DNA of 64,000 nt from Clostridiales bacterium (lineage in GTDB: Bacteria; Bacillota; Clostridia; Christensenellales; UBA1242), in assembly GCA_015055665.1 (NCBI GenBank), contig SVHX01000001.1, positions 1,109 through 65,108 of the forward strand, given 5' to 3'. The position numbers were made by a program, and so were the translations under genes. This document shows, piece by piece, positions 9,320 to 21,700 of the stretch; position 1 is the first letter of the stretch, and every line of letters starts with the position of its first letter. Under the pieces are notes generated by a model, which was given only the letters and a program-made list of their open reading frames with translations, had not been told where the DNA came from and did not search any database.

Positions 9320-9340
9320 CGAGTCCTACCACCCCTGCCA
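9320..9340 (+). repeat. Direct 21-bp duplicate of the tRNA-Trp 3' end (CGAGTCCTACCACCCCTGCCA), an att-like scar
   Basis: It is identical to 9145-9165 (T-loop 3' part, T-stem 3' strand, acceptor 3' strand and CCA). No matching 5' half of a tRNA lies upstream of it. Confidence 0.7.
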
Positions 9341-9453
9341 ATAAAAATTAGAACGCAAGAAATTGCGGTCATTTTTATTACTAGGAGTGGTAGAGGGGCT
9401 ATGCCCCTAGTAAGCTTTTGCTTGCGACTCGAACCGTATTCGTTGGCTTAGCG

Positions 9454-9488
9454 AAAAACAGTCTAATATGGCTGTTTTTTGTTTTTTT
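9454..9488 (+). terminator. Orphan rho-independent terminator closing the structured non-coding stretch 9205-9490
   Basis: An A-run, the hairpin ACAGTC-TAATAT-GGCTGT and then TTTTTTGTTTTTTT. No CDS ends here. Confidence 0.55.
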
Positions 9489-9638
9489 CTATGTTTATCG
9501 TTGATGCGATTTTGAGTTGTTGTTCTTGGAGGGATGTTGGTGTTTGTGAGAATTGTACAATGTAATTTCCAGTGATGTAAATTTTATTTAAAATTGTTTA
9601 TAAATTTGTCGAAAGGTGGTGTATTTCGTTGACTGAAT

Positions 9639-9667
9639 TTTGTATATATAATATAATAATTAACGAG
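9639..9667 (+). promoter_or_regulatory. Near-consensus SigA promoter of the giant gene (TTGACT, 17 nt spacer, TATAAT)
   Basis: TTGACT is at 9639-9644 and TATAAT at 9662-9667. The ~125-nt leader contains an 8-bp hairpin, CGTAGGCG-TGCT-CGCTTACG, at ~9686-9705. Confidence 0.6.
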
Positions 9668-9796
9668 ATAAGTATTTTTAATGCGCGTAGGCGTGCTCGC
9701 TTACGTATGTTAAATTAAAATACTAAAATAATTGCTGGTAAAATTTCAAATATTTCTGCAGCAATTACAAATAATAGATCTAGGAGATTATTTAAC

Positions 9797-12700
9797 ATGG
9801 TAAAGTCTAACAAACCAAATTTCAGAGTAAAGCATCCTTACGGATACCTAATCCAGAGTATCTTGATAGGCCTTGTAATGGTACTATCTGGTATTTTTTC
9901 CGTAGCGGCATACAATGTCTTTACTGGCATGGATAAGTCTAGCCCATCAATTAATACTGAGGCTGTAGGTGGAGTTACAGACACTGTTGAAACAGACCAA
10001 GAATTACCTACTCATTATGATCCAAATGGTGATTATCCAATTATTGGGTCAGGAACCAGTGCTGATCCTTTCTTGGTTACTTCGTGGGCGGAGCTTTTAT
10101 TCTTAAACCATGTTGCGAAAAATGTCTATTCGTATGACGAGTTGTATATTTCAATCGCTAATGATATTTTTATCTCATCTGCCCGCGTTACTTATTATGA
10201 GTATGATGGATACGAATATACTGAAGTCTATGGATGGACAAATCTTAGCACTGCACCAACATTACATATAATGGGGAACGATTTTACAATATTCTTAGAT
10301 TTTACAGATAGATCTGACTTTTCTCTTTTCGATGAAATTAATTCTTGCACTGTGACTGATCTGAATATTCTTGAGAATACATCTGGGACTGTCACCTACA
10401 AACATAGTGTTTTCGCATCTTGTATTTTTAATTCCTACATACATGATGTAAGATTCTCTGTTGGCCCAAATAGAACCACGATAATTTATGATGAACCTGC
10501 AAAAGCGAGTTATAATAACGGATCGGGATTGTTAGCGATGTTCTCTGCTGGAACAACATTTACTAATTGCGTAGTGGATCTTAGTAATGCTGCTGGTGGG
10601 GGAATAACTCTTCAGACTACATCCATATTTAAATTCTCATTAATTACTAATTCAGGAGTACCATCTGTATATACATCTAAGCCTTTGGACTATACATACA
10701 ATCAATTTTATGGATGTTCTGTTAGTGGGTTGATTACTCACAAATGTTTGACCAATAGCACTTCTTCCAGTTGTATTGCTGGAATATCAGAATATATTGG
10801 TAGGACAGGGTTTAATATTTATCCACGAATATGGTATTGCTATTCAGATATACAGTTTGCATTGACGGCGTCTGCATCTAACCCTGCATATACTGCTAGT
10901 GGTGGTAAATTATATGCCAGTGCGTTTAGTAATTTCTTTTACAGTGGTATGCAGGCACAGTATAATTATTTTGGAGCAGAGTCTCTTATCAATACCATTA
11001 ATACCTCGTATTATACAGTTGCAAGAGCAGATTACTTATCTTTAGGAACGTTCTTTACATATATTCAGGGTTCAGCATTAACTAATTCAACTGTAGTAAG
11101 ATACAATTATAATTCAGAATTGTTCGAAACAGATGCCGGATTCTTTAATGCTCATGACAATCAATATGTGTCTTATTGCTATTTTTATTCAGTGGCGGTT
11201 ACTAGAGGACCTAATGGTGGCGGAAAGACCGCAGCATATATGTATACTACTTTAGCATACAATGAGTCAATGCCGAGTGGACCATGGGTGAAGTCTACTA
11301 GAGCTGATGATTGCTTTAATACAACTACTGCCCGTGTAATGCCAGTTAATATATTGCCTTCTCATACGGATACATATGCTCAAACAACAGCGACGACAGA
11401 TAGTGATGGTTACTACCTTGTAGATACACCTGCTAAGATGATGTATGTTGATTACTTGAGTAGATACATGATGGAAGCAGGATCCTATAAGATTAAAGTT
11501 AAATTGACTGCTAATATAGATATGTCGGGGTATTTGTGGGCACCATTAGTAGATTATTTTACGGGTGGTCCCACCATTGATGGTGCAGGTTTCACTATAA
11601 GCAACCTAACTATGGATCAACATAGAAATGCTGCAGTTGGTAATACAACAATACTTACCGGTTCTAGCACTGGCACGAGAACTCCGGGATATGCGTATGC
11701 TCTGGGGCTCATAGGTAATATTCGTGGTGCGGCGACTATTCAAAATTTGAAGATGTCCGCAACTAATATTATTACATATTCACATAACTATAATACATTT
11801 CATATAAACAGGGATGTAGCAGATAGTTCTGAGGGAATTCATGCTATTTATGGAGCAGGTGTAGACTCAACGTCTACTACGGGGATAGGATCCTATGCTA
11901 ATAATCAACCAGTAGCAGCGGGGTGTTTTGTTGGTTCAGCAGCGTATTTTGGACATGCGGGATATGTGGGGGGTACTGTTACACCTGTTGGGAATGCTGT
12001 TAACATATACAACTCCACGAATATTAATACAACAATACATTTTAGAAGTACACCTATAACTAATGCGGCTTATGTTACTGTTCCTGTCAATACAGTACTT
12101 ACTGGTACTCGTTCTATGTATACAAGTTCTTGTATAGGGCGGTTGCTAAAGACAACCGTCACGTTGGATGGTGTTGTAACGTCTGGGTTTGTTAATAATA
12201 CAGCTGTTAATGCAACTAACAAACCAGGATCCATAATTGGTAATATTACTAAGACCAATTCTAGTGGTTCAAGTTATACGTCTACGATAACAGCATCATC
12301 GGTATATGCAGAAACATCTGCTACTACGAACTATATTCAAGACATTATCGGTGTTGCTAGGTATGCTACATCTCTTCAGACTCTTAATGTTACTGATTGT
12401 ATTTTACTTAATACTGCTACAAATTCGGATCTTACTTATCCAGCTAATAGATTGCTTACTGATAACGATATGACTACTTATGCTAATGAGGGTGGTAGTA
12501 CTACCACAATGTCGAATATAGCGTCGTACGCTAAGTCAACATCTGCTGAGATTTGGGGAGTCTATTCGATTTGTGAAGATTGTAATTATGGAAGCTCGTT
12601 AGTTTCGAATAATCCTGCGTCATATAAGGCTAGTTCATCATATGATGATTTTTACCAAATTGATTTTGTCTTATATAAGTGTGAGCCGTCTGCAGTCTTT

Positions 12701-15700
12701 TATGAGGTAACTGGTTCTGGCACAACACTTAACACTAACGGAGTTTATGTTCCTAGTGGAAGCGGTGGGGATAGGACATCGGATATAACGTCTCTTAAGT
12801 TTGCAAGGCTTCCTCACGAACAATTGGTACTTGACAACAGTCAGTATACACATATTGTTGCTGATGAAGATATGGCTGCATATTATGGTGCAACATTTGA
12901 TGATGGTGAAAATTGTTGTGGATATAGACCATCTTCGAGTAATTTTGATTACAACACCACTATGTCTAGCGGGCTAGCAGCGTTAGCTTCTGCCTGTAAT
13001 GCAGATTATACATATTATGTTCCGATTGTGGTAACCGCACCAATTACCGGGCCTAGATACTTCTTTGTGACTGAGTCAGATGACTTTAGGGGAACTTGGT
13101 CGGTTACTTTAACTGGAACCGGAACTTTAACGCAAGTACAAGACTTTCAGACGGGTGCTAATTATAATCCATCATCACTAAGTACGCTTGGTACTACATA
13201 TAGGGCTAGATTGTATAAGGTTAGCGGTTATAATAGTTCTACTCAAATAGTAATGTCATGTACAAATCAAATTGCATATGGAGAGCTTTATTCAACAAAT
13301 ACAACAAATGTTAAGGATTATGCTGCGTCGTTCTGGACCTGGGCATATAGTTCTGGAAAAAATAAAACCGAACAGTTAAAACCATGTACTAAAGGCACTA
13401 CTGGAGCCATTTCTTCAGGAGCAACTAATAAGACTTTAACTCTTCCTGTGAGTCAAATTAGAGCGTCTTACGATACAGATAATGCAGTTGTATATGGTGA
13501 TGTAGAGCACTTTATTGCTTCTTATAACACAACGGAAAGTGCCGAAACGGCAACTAATTATGCTAGCTTCGACATAGATATTTATAATAGATTCGTTACC
13601 GCAACCATTAATGGAGTTGGTAGACCTCTAATTTCAGGAGGAGTTTCGATCTATAATGAAGAAGGAACTGAAAGGGAAGCAAATATGGGTTATACCCGGT
13701 ATTATGAAATGTTAATCTTGTCTGGGCGAATAGTAGGACTTAGCGCTGAATGGAGCTATTTTGAGGATCCATTTGGTGCATCATTTGTGTCTGAGTATTG
13801 GGTTGATAAAAATAATAAAGGTATCTTAGCTCACCCTAACACCAATTATGGTCATTATAATACACATGCAACGCCTATATCTACGTCGACTGACTATAGC
13901 GATATTGTAGCACAATATGTAGATATGAGTGCACTGCCAACATATTATACATACCTAGTAATTGCTGCGTGTGATCCGAATTCACTCGCTGGTATCCGTG
14001 TTAATATTGAAACTGACAATCTTTGGTCTGATGGAGCATATGGTGATTTTGCCTATACAAGTTCAACAATACCTTTATCGTTTAATGGTACACCATTAAC
14101 TGATGGTGACATTCTTGAATTCTTTGTTACTAACACTATTGAAATGAACTTTGATTTATTAAATGCAGATAATCAAGTAGAGTATTGTAAGATTGAATTT
14201 GGTATAGAAGAATATGATGAAGAATCTTATAAATATGTTCTTTCTGAAGTCCTCTATACGCTCTACATTACTGGAAATACTAACGGAATTATTAACACCA
14301 CTACAACGCTTAGTAGTGCGACATCCCCTTCTAGGATGTTATCCCTGACATCATTTGAAATGCCGTATACATATTTTGATACTTATAATGAAGATGACGA
14401 ATGGTATACGGATGTGGATTACATGCAAGTGACATTTGGTGTTCTATCTTATTCAATGGTTGGTAAAGCTGTTGCATCAAGGTATAGTGGACCAACTCTT
14501 ACAAACAATACTTATACAATAACCAATCCGCTAGATTGGATGGTGTTATCTAGCAAAACCATTACTTCTGATGTAACCATCGAATTAGCTAATGATATCA
14601 ATTTTGAAACATTTAATTATGCTACGCCTCTTGGTCTAAGTGGAGATTTAACAGGCATCAGATTTGCTTCATCTGGCATCACCCTTTCGATGTCAGGGTT
14701 AGGCGCAACTAAGGGATCGCTTACAGTAGATGGAAATGGTTATACTATTACCGGAATCACTATGATGGTTGCCACAGGATTGTTTGGTGGTTTTGTAAAC
14801 AGTATGATTATTAGAGATATTTCATTTCATGAGCCGTATGCAAATAATTCTCCTTCATATGCAAACTTTAATCAATTTTATTGTGTAGCACAAACAGTCT
14901 TTGGTCAATTATTGGGTTCTGCAGGTCCAATTTATACAGCAGACAATGTTAATGTGACAAGTTCTAGTAGAACAATTGACCATGGCATGGTTATCTTCAG
15001 TATTCGAAGCTTACAGACGGGTACAGTTGAGATGGCTACAGATGTTACAATAACTCATTGCAGTATAGACGTTAAGATTAAACTTCATGATGGTTATTCT
15101 GTGCTTAACATGGCTGTATCTCCGTTCTTTGTCAGTGAGTATAATACAATAAATTCAAATCATTATTATGTTTCGATTACTGGAACATACATATTTAGTG
15201 ATTGTTATATGGTTGTTGACTATGAGACAACAACATCAATTGTAGATTACTTTTATATCGGAGAAAAGTATATGACCAACTGTTATTTTGTTGGTTATGA
15301 TCTTAAGTGTACATATTTAACTGTTGATAGAAGTGTTACATATTCGGCAGGAACAAAAGGAAAGCTGTATTACCAGCCGACTGCACATGGGACTATTAAT
15401 AATTCTACAACATATTTTACCAATCTGATTACATGTACAGCACTTACTGATGCTCAGATGAAGCAGAAGAGTAGTTTCTCTGGATTTACTTTTGGGCAGG
15501 GGAACTGGTACATGGATACTGGTGCTACTGGATATAATAGCTCTTATAAGCAGATTAATAGAGGTTATCCTGTTATATGGAATAGTGGTATAACCGTTGC
15601 CGAAGAGGCTACGCTTTCGTTTAAAGTTAATGGTGTTGCTTTGAGTAATACAACGATTAATAGTAATATGTATTACACGGTTGATGCTGATCAAACGACT

Positions 15701-18700
15701 TATAGGGTATATCATACTAATGGATCGACTAATACGACGCTTGGTCATAGCAGTCACGAAGTATTATTTACACTAACATCAGACGCGGGCAAGTTCCAGA
15801 CTTCTCAGGGTGCTAGTATGAACCTTATTTTCACGGGTCCTAACACATCTTGGGCGAATAGTGATGCGAACCGAGATAGGGGTTATGGCTTTAAGATTAA
15901 TGGTGTTAAGTACAAGACTACTGCACTCTCACTGACTACACCTAGTAGTGGTGTGATGACTATACCTATAAGTAGTTACGAGGCATCATCAAATACTATT
16001 GAAGTAAGCGTCGAGACGTTGTATGTCGTGCTTATTGGATTGCGAGAGGGTGGTCTTGCTAGTAATGTAGCTAATAGTGGATATATAGCTCCTGGCTCTG
16101 ATAGTGGGAATTATACTGCGTGGGGTACAATAATAGGGCATAAATACTATTTTTACAAAAAAATAGATTTCAACCTTAAGACAACTTATGCTTCTGTTAT
16201 TATATATACTGACGGATGTTATACGTTTCCAAGTTCAGGGTCTTCTAATGATATGATGACATTTTATGACACAACAAATCGAAAGTACCAATCGGATAGT
16301 ACAACTGTGTACAAAAGATCATTTAATGTTGCTAGTGGAACGATTACATCATTAAATTATACAGCTACAAAACCTACGTCAACTGTGGATGGAACCAATA
16401 ACAACTATTTAGTTTATGATAGCACTGGTAGTACAACCGGTGGCAACATTATGTGGTATTTAGTAAGAACAGTTGTTGTTACATCAACTGTTTCGGGCAC
16501 AGCAGGAGCATCTACTGGTAACTTTACATTCCAAATAGGAACAAATACTGAGTTAAATGGTAATTATGGCAACCAAACACAATATAGGTATCAATTTGGT
16601 TATGACCTTAATCATCATTATCGTGAAAGTACAGTAACTATAAGAATAACTACAGCTGATCAATACAAAAAGATTGCGACATGTTATACTAGTAATAGTC
16701 CTGGCGGAACTGCAGTATATGATCTTGTAGCTGCTGCAAATGCATTACGCGGTTCGAATTATTCAGATTATCATATTAAAAACATAGTGCTTGTAATCAC
16801 ACCATCATTTAATGCAATGGCAGACTCAACTGGCAATGTAACAATGACAGTAACATTTGCCAAGGTGGGGCAAGCTGATGTCGAACTATCTGGCACCAGT
16901 GCTGGAGGTTCCGATATTGGTCAGAGTTTATTTGGCCAGACCGTTAAATTTGGTAGTAGTTATGATGCATCAAGAACTGCTCTTGCGTTTAATATGTCAT
17001 ATGCAGATGCTACACTTCCTGTAACTCTTAACGTAACGCATGTAGGAACGACACCTGCTAATGCTACTAATGATAAGATTACAGTTACTTATGGTGGAAC
17101 TAGTACAGCTCAGACGCTTACTGGTCAGACCAGCAAGACTGCTAAAGCATACACCTACCAAGTATTGCCTGGAGCGGCTGCAACATTTACTATTAGTGGT
17201 GTAACAGCTGTAACTAATAGTACAGGATTCCCGTTCCTCATCTATAAGAGCAATAATTACAATGTAAGATTTGTATGGTCGACTAGTGCAATAACTAATC
17301 TATCCACATCAACACTTACTGATGATCTTAGTTATACAACTGGTACAATATCTGCCGCCACCACGCTATATCTATATATAGTTGAGGTGCAGGCGTATAC
17401 AATGACATCATCTATATCTTCTACATACAAATGTGAAGTATTAGACTTAATGTCGAGCAAGTCAATTACAGTTAACCTCTCGTATAAGAATAATTCTGGT
17501 ACAGCAATTGCAACCCAAACAGGTGTGCAAACATATAGTAGCAGTGCAACGGTATTCTCAGATGTAACAATATCTGGGTATACTACGATTCCAACTGTAG
17601 CAGTAACAAGTTCGTCTGCAACATCCTCTGATTATACATTTAGTGGTAATCCTTTGACTGCAACTACTGGTAAAAAGCTTAATCTTAGTGGACTAGTAAC
17701 TAATGCTAGTAATGGAACAATAACTGGTCCTGCAACAGCAACTAATTCTGCTACTGCAGCAACAGGATCGACATGGACTGTAAAAACTGTAACCATTAAG
17801 GTTTATGTCCTTAACTTAGATCTACAAGACGAGGCATCTCCTAATATTTATTATTGGGGAATAGGTAGTAATTCTGCATTAAATAGCGTGGTATCACTAT
17901 CTAGTCTAAGTGGAGATATAAGTGTTAGTAGTGTTAAGCTATTTAACGTAGTCAAATCTACAGAAAGTAGTCGTAATATATATACTATTACTATGGCCAA
18001 AGCTTCGCCTGTAAAAATTACTAGAGGTGACGATTATGGTAGTAATAGTAGAATACTGATGCCAATCACTATGAATCCTAACGAACAGGCTATGGAACAA
18101 TATACTCATGTAGCCGGCAACTATATTGGTGTAAGGGGATATATCTTATCTAGTGAGACTGCATCTACTCCTGCAGAAATAATCTTTACTTATGCACCGC
18201 TAGTAACTATTGGAATTGCTTCTAGTGAGCTTGCAGATGTATCGTATAATTCTGTTCAAGCCAAGGCTCTTAAACATGATGCGATTACTAACGAAACAAT
18301 TAGTGCTAATGTATATTCTGGCGGTAGTAATAATAACGTAACAATTGCTCCTGAGGCTAGTAACAATACGGCTAAGACATATACATATAATCTTGGTAGT
18401 ACTAATTCTAGCACTCCAGTTGACATTAAGATTACCATTACAGCATCTGTTAGTGTAGCAGGTTATGACTTCTATGGATGGTATGTTGGTGCACATGGAG
18501 TTATCACCAGTGCTAGTGCTAATACTACTTCAACAGGTGCAAAGACGTCTGTTAGATATGTTATAGACAATAGTGGAACAACCAAATCACTAACAATATA
18601 TATGAATCAGGATTGTTTCTCGTATAATATTGCTTCGGGTAATTACTCAGCAACAGTTAACTTCTATCCAATCTTTAGAGAAAGGATAGTGGCTAGTGGA

Positions 18701-21700
18701 ACAACTAATTCTTCTCTTACTGTTAATGGTAAGATTAAGGCAGAATTAATTGACACATATAGTAGCACTTCTAGTACAATATATACAGTTAATAATACAT
18801 CTCAAGCAAGTGCTTCGGTTAATAATAAGAATTTGTACTACTATGGCATATATTATCTATCTACAACTCCTGGAACATATGCAATAACTGGTACAACCTT
18901 AAATGGAGGTAGCGAAACTGGCTGGAACGGTACAGCAGCTAAAAATGCTGAGATTGTTAAAGGAACAGCGCTTAGTGGAGCATGTCAAATAGTAGTAAAT
19001 GCTACATCTAGACACTCGTTTACTGAAAGCAACCCTCAGTATACTTACATAGATAAAACATCTAAGGATAATGCTGGTAATGCCGGAGTAAGCTTTATAA
19101 GTACGCATGATTTAAGTAGTGGATCCTATACATATACTAATTGGAAATATGGTATAGGTAGTGGTACGACATTTACTAATTATGCTAATAATAATGCAAA
19201 CTATCTACTCACTCATTATACAGTAACGATAGATACTACTAAACTTGTTCTACGGGTTGGTGTTAGTGGAGCTACGTATACAGATGACGTTGGAACTTAT
19301 ACATTTGCAGTTAATAATTATTGTGTGTTAAGTGCAACGCTTACTAATAATTTTGGCTCAACATCTCACTCTATTACTGTTCAAGCACACTTTATAGAAA
19401 GACCGGCTGTTGTTGCAGTGACAGGTGGAGATGCTACAGTTGGTGCAGTAACATCTGGTGTAACAATGAGATATGTTCGTATTGGTTCGACAGTATCTTC
19501 GTATAGCGGAGGAGTTGTATTCACCGATATGGGTGGAACTGCAACAACAATAAACACTAAGACTAGTTTAGGCTCTATTGATGGTTTGACTTACTTTAGA
19601 TATGATTTAGGATCTTCTAAGGTACTTGCGTCTATTCAGTTATCTGGTACTACTACAGGTGCTCAAATTGTTGAGATCTCCAATGATGGATCTAATTGGT
19701 ATACAGTAGCTGATGTTTTTATGGGAGATAATGTAACTGCATTAATTGACTTTATAGCTGATAGTCATATTAATACTTCGGCAGAAACTTATTATCCATT
19801 GGTCGGTGGTTATACTTATATTATAAGATCGTCTGAAAGTGATTGTAAGTATGCTACATATACGACCATCCCAACAGAAGATCCTGCCAGTGGTACATCG
19901 GTAACTGCCAGCGGTGTAACAATTAATTTAAGTAGCAATTCTGGTACAGTATATCTTTATGTTAATAAAAACTTCAACATTGTCATTAGTAATGCTACAA
20001 CACTTGGTAGTCTTGGTACACAAAATATCTTTACAAGTGTCGCTAACCGCTCTTCATATAATTCTGTGGGAATTAGACTTGTTAATAGTCATGATACTTA
20101 TATTGATCACTACAATACTACTAATTATGTACAGCATAATTTAACAGGTTTAAGTATTACGCCTATAACAGTATATTCGTATAAGTATATCAAGTTTGGA
20201 GCGATTTCTTCTGTTCTTGATATGAAGACTGATGTTATTAATGATAACGACAGTTCTAATAATAGTTATATAGATACTGCTTTATCCAATCTTACTTATG
20301 CTCCAACTACTAATGTAGGTAACTATTATAGATATTTCCGTAAGAGTAATTCTGCTTCTGGTGCTAGTGATGCAGTTAAAAATGCTCACAAAATGCGTTA
20401 TGATTATACTGGTAACATACCTTTATGGGCGACATTAAGTACAACATCTAATACGGATACATCTACCATTAATGCTACATGGACAAGTAATGCGACAACC
20501 TCTATTGTTGTAACATTTAATGATACTGGTGCTAATACCACATATAACCTCAAAGGTACTTATACTGAGAAAACTCTTACTAGGTACTTTGGATGTGGAC
20601 ACGCATCTAATGCTCATAGTGGTTGTGGAGTGGATAATACAACACTTACTATTCATACTAATTCGAGAACTCATACTGGTACATATAGTGGTGCGACCTA
20701 TAAGGTAACATCCATTATATCTAGCAACGCTATTGCGTCTACTGTATTCGGTACTGGTATGCAGGGAACTACTGTTGGTAATAGAGGAGATCTAACGATC
20801 ACTGCTGGATACTTTACAATATTCAAGGTAGAGACAGATAACAACATCAATGGAAATACTGGTAACGATTTAGTTGATAAATGGACTATTGTTGATAGTG
20901 TGGTAAGTAGTAACAATTCTACATTTAACCAATACAAAGGTGCTAGTAGGTCTAGTTATAGTGCTAATGTGTCTGATGCTATATATGGTAATTGGATACA
21001 GACAGAAACCATTAAAACTGTTGCTACATATCCTACTAATACAGTTAGAATTTATCATGCTTTTGTAATTCCTGTTAGAGTATCACTTGATGCGAAGATC
21101 GTTCAGCGTAATACAAGTCTAACTATCAATTATATTGATGATGCAACTTATAATAGTGCTAATGATGATAAATTATACTTTGAGATGAAATGGGGTAGTA
21201 TTGCCGTTGGAATTATCTCTGTTACTCAAGGTGGTGGATCGTCATACTTGCGTTGGGATAGTACTAATAAGAATATTATCCTAAAATCCGGCATTGCTTA
21301 TGACGTACAATTTAACGAAACATATGACTATATGGGCATATGTCATTATGATAGCAATACTAACAAATCTAAACATGGTAATGTAACATATGTAACTAGT
21401 ACATCAAGCACTAATGCATATAAGGAATCGGCTAATAAGCATTACGAGCCAACAACTGATGACTGGTTGAAGCTTGCTATTGGTTCCAATACTTCGGGTA
21501 TGTCATCTGGGGCAACATTAACTCTAACAGCATATTTTAATCTCTATGGTAGAATATTTGTTAATGGATATGACGTTACAAGCAGTAGAGAACCTATCAA
21601 TGATGCTACAATTAGTTATACGGGTGGCGTTGTAACCAACATTGCTAGCGGAACTAATACTCGCAGCATAACATATACAACATCTTCTGCTGCAGGATCT

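Noticed and set aside
9254-9451. A 65-aa ORF in the tRNA-Trp downstream region.
   Set aside because: It has a TTG-type start with no Shine-Dalgarno. It spans the duplicated tRNA 3' end and several perfect hairpins, so non-coding structured DNA is the better explanation.
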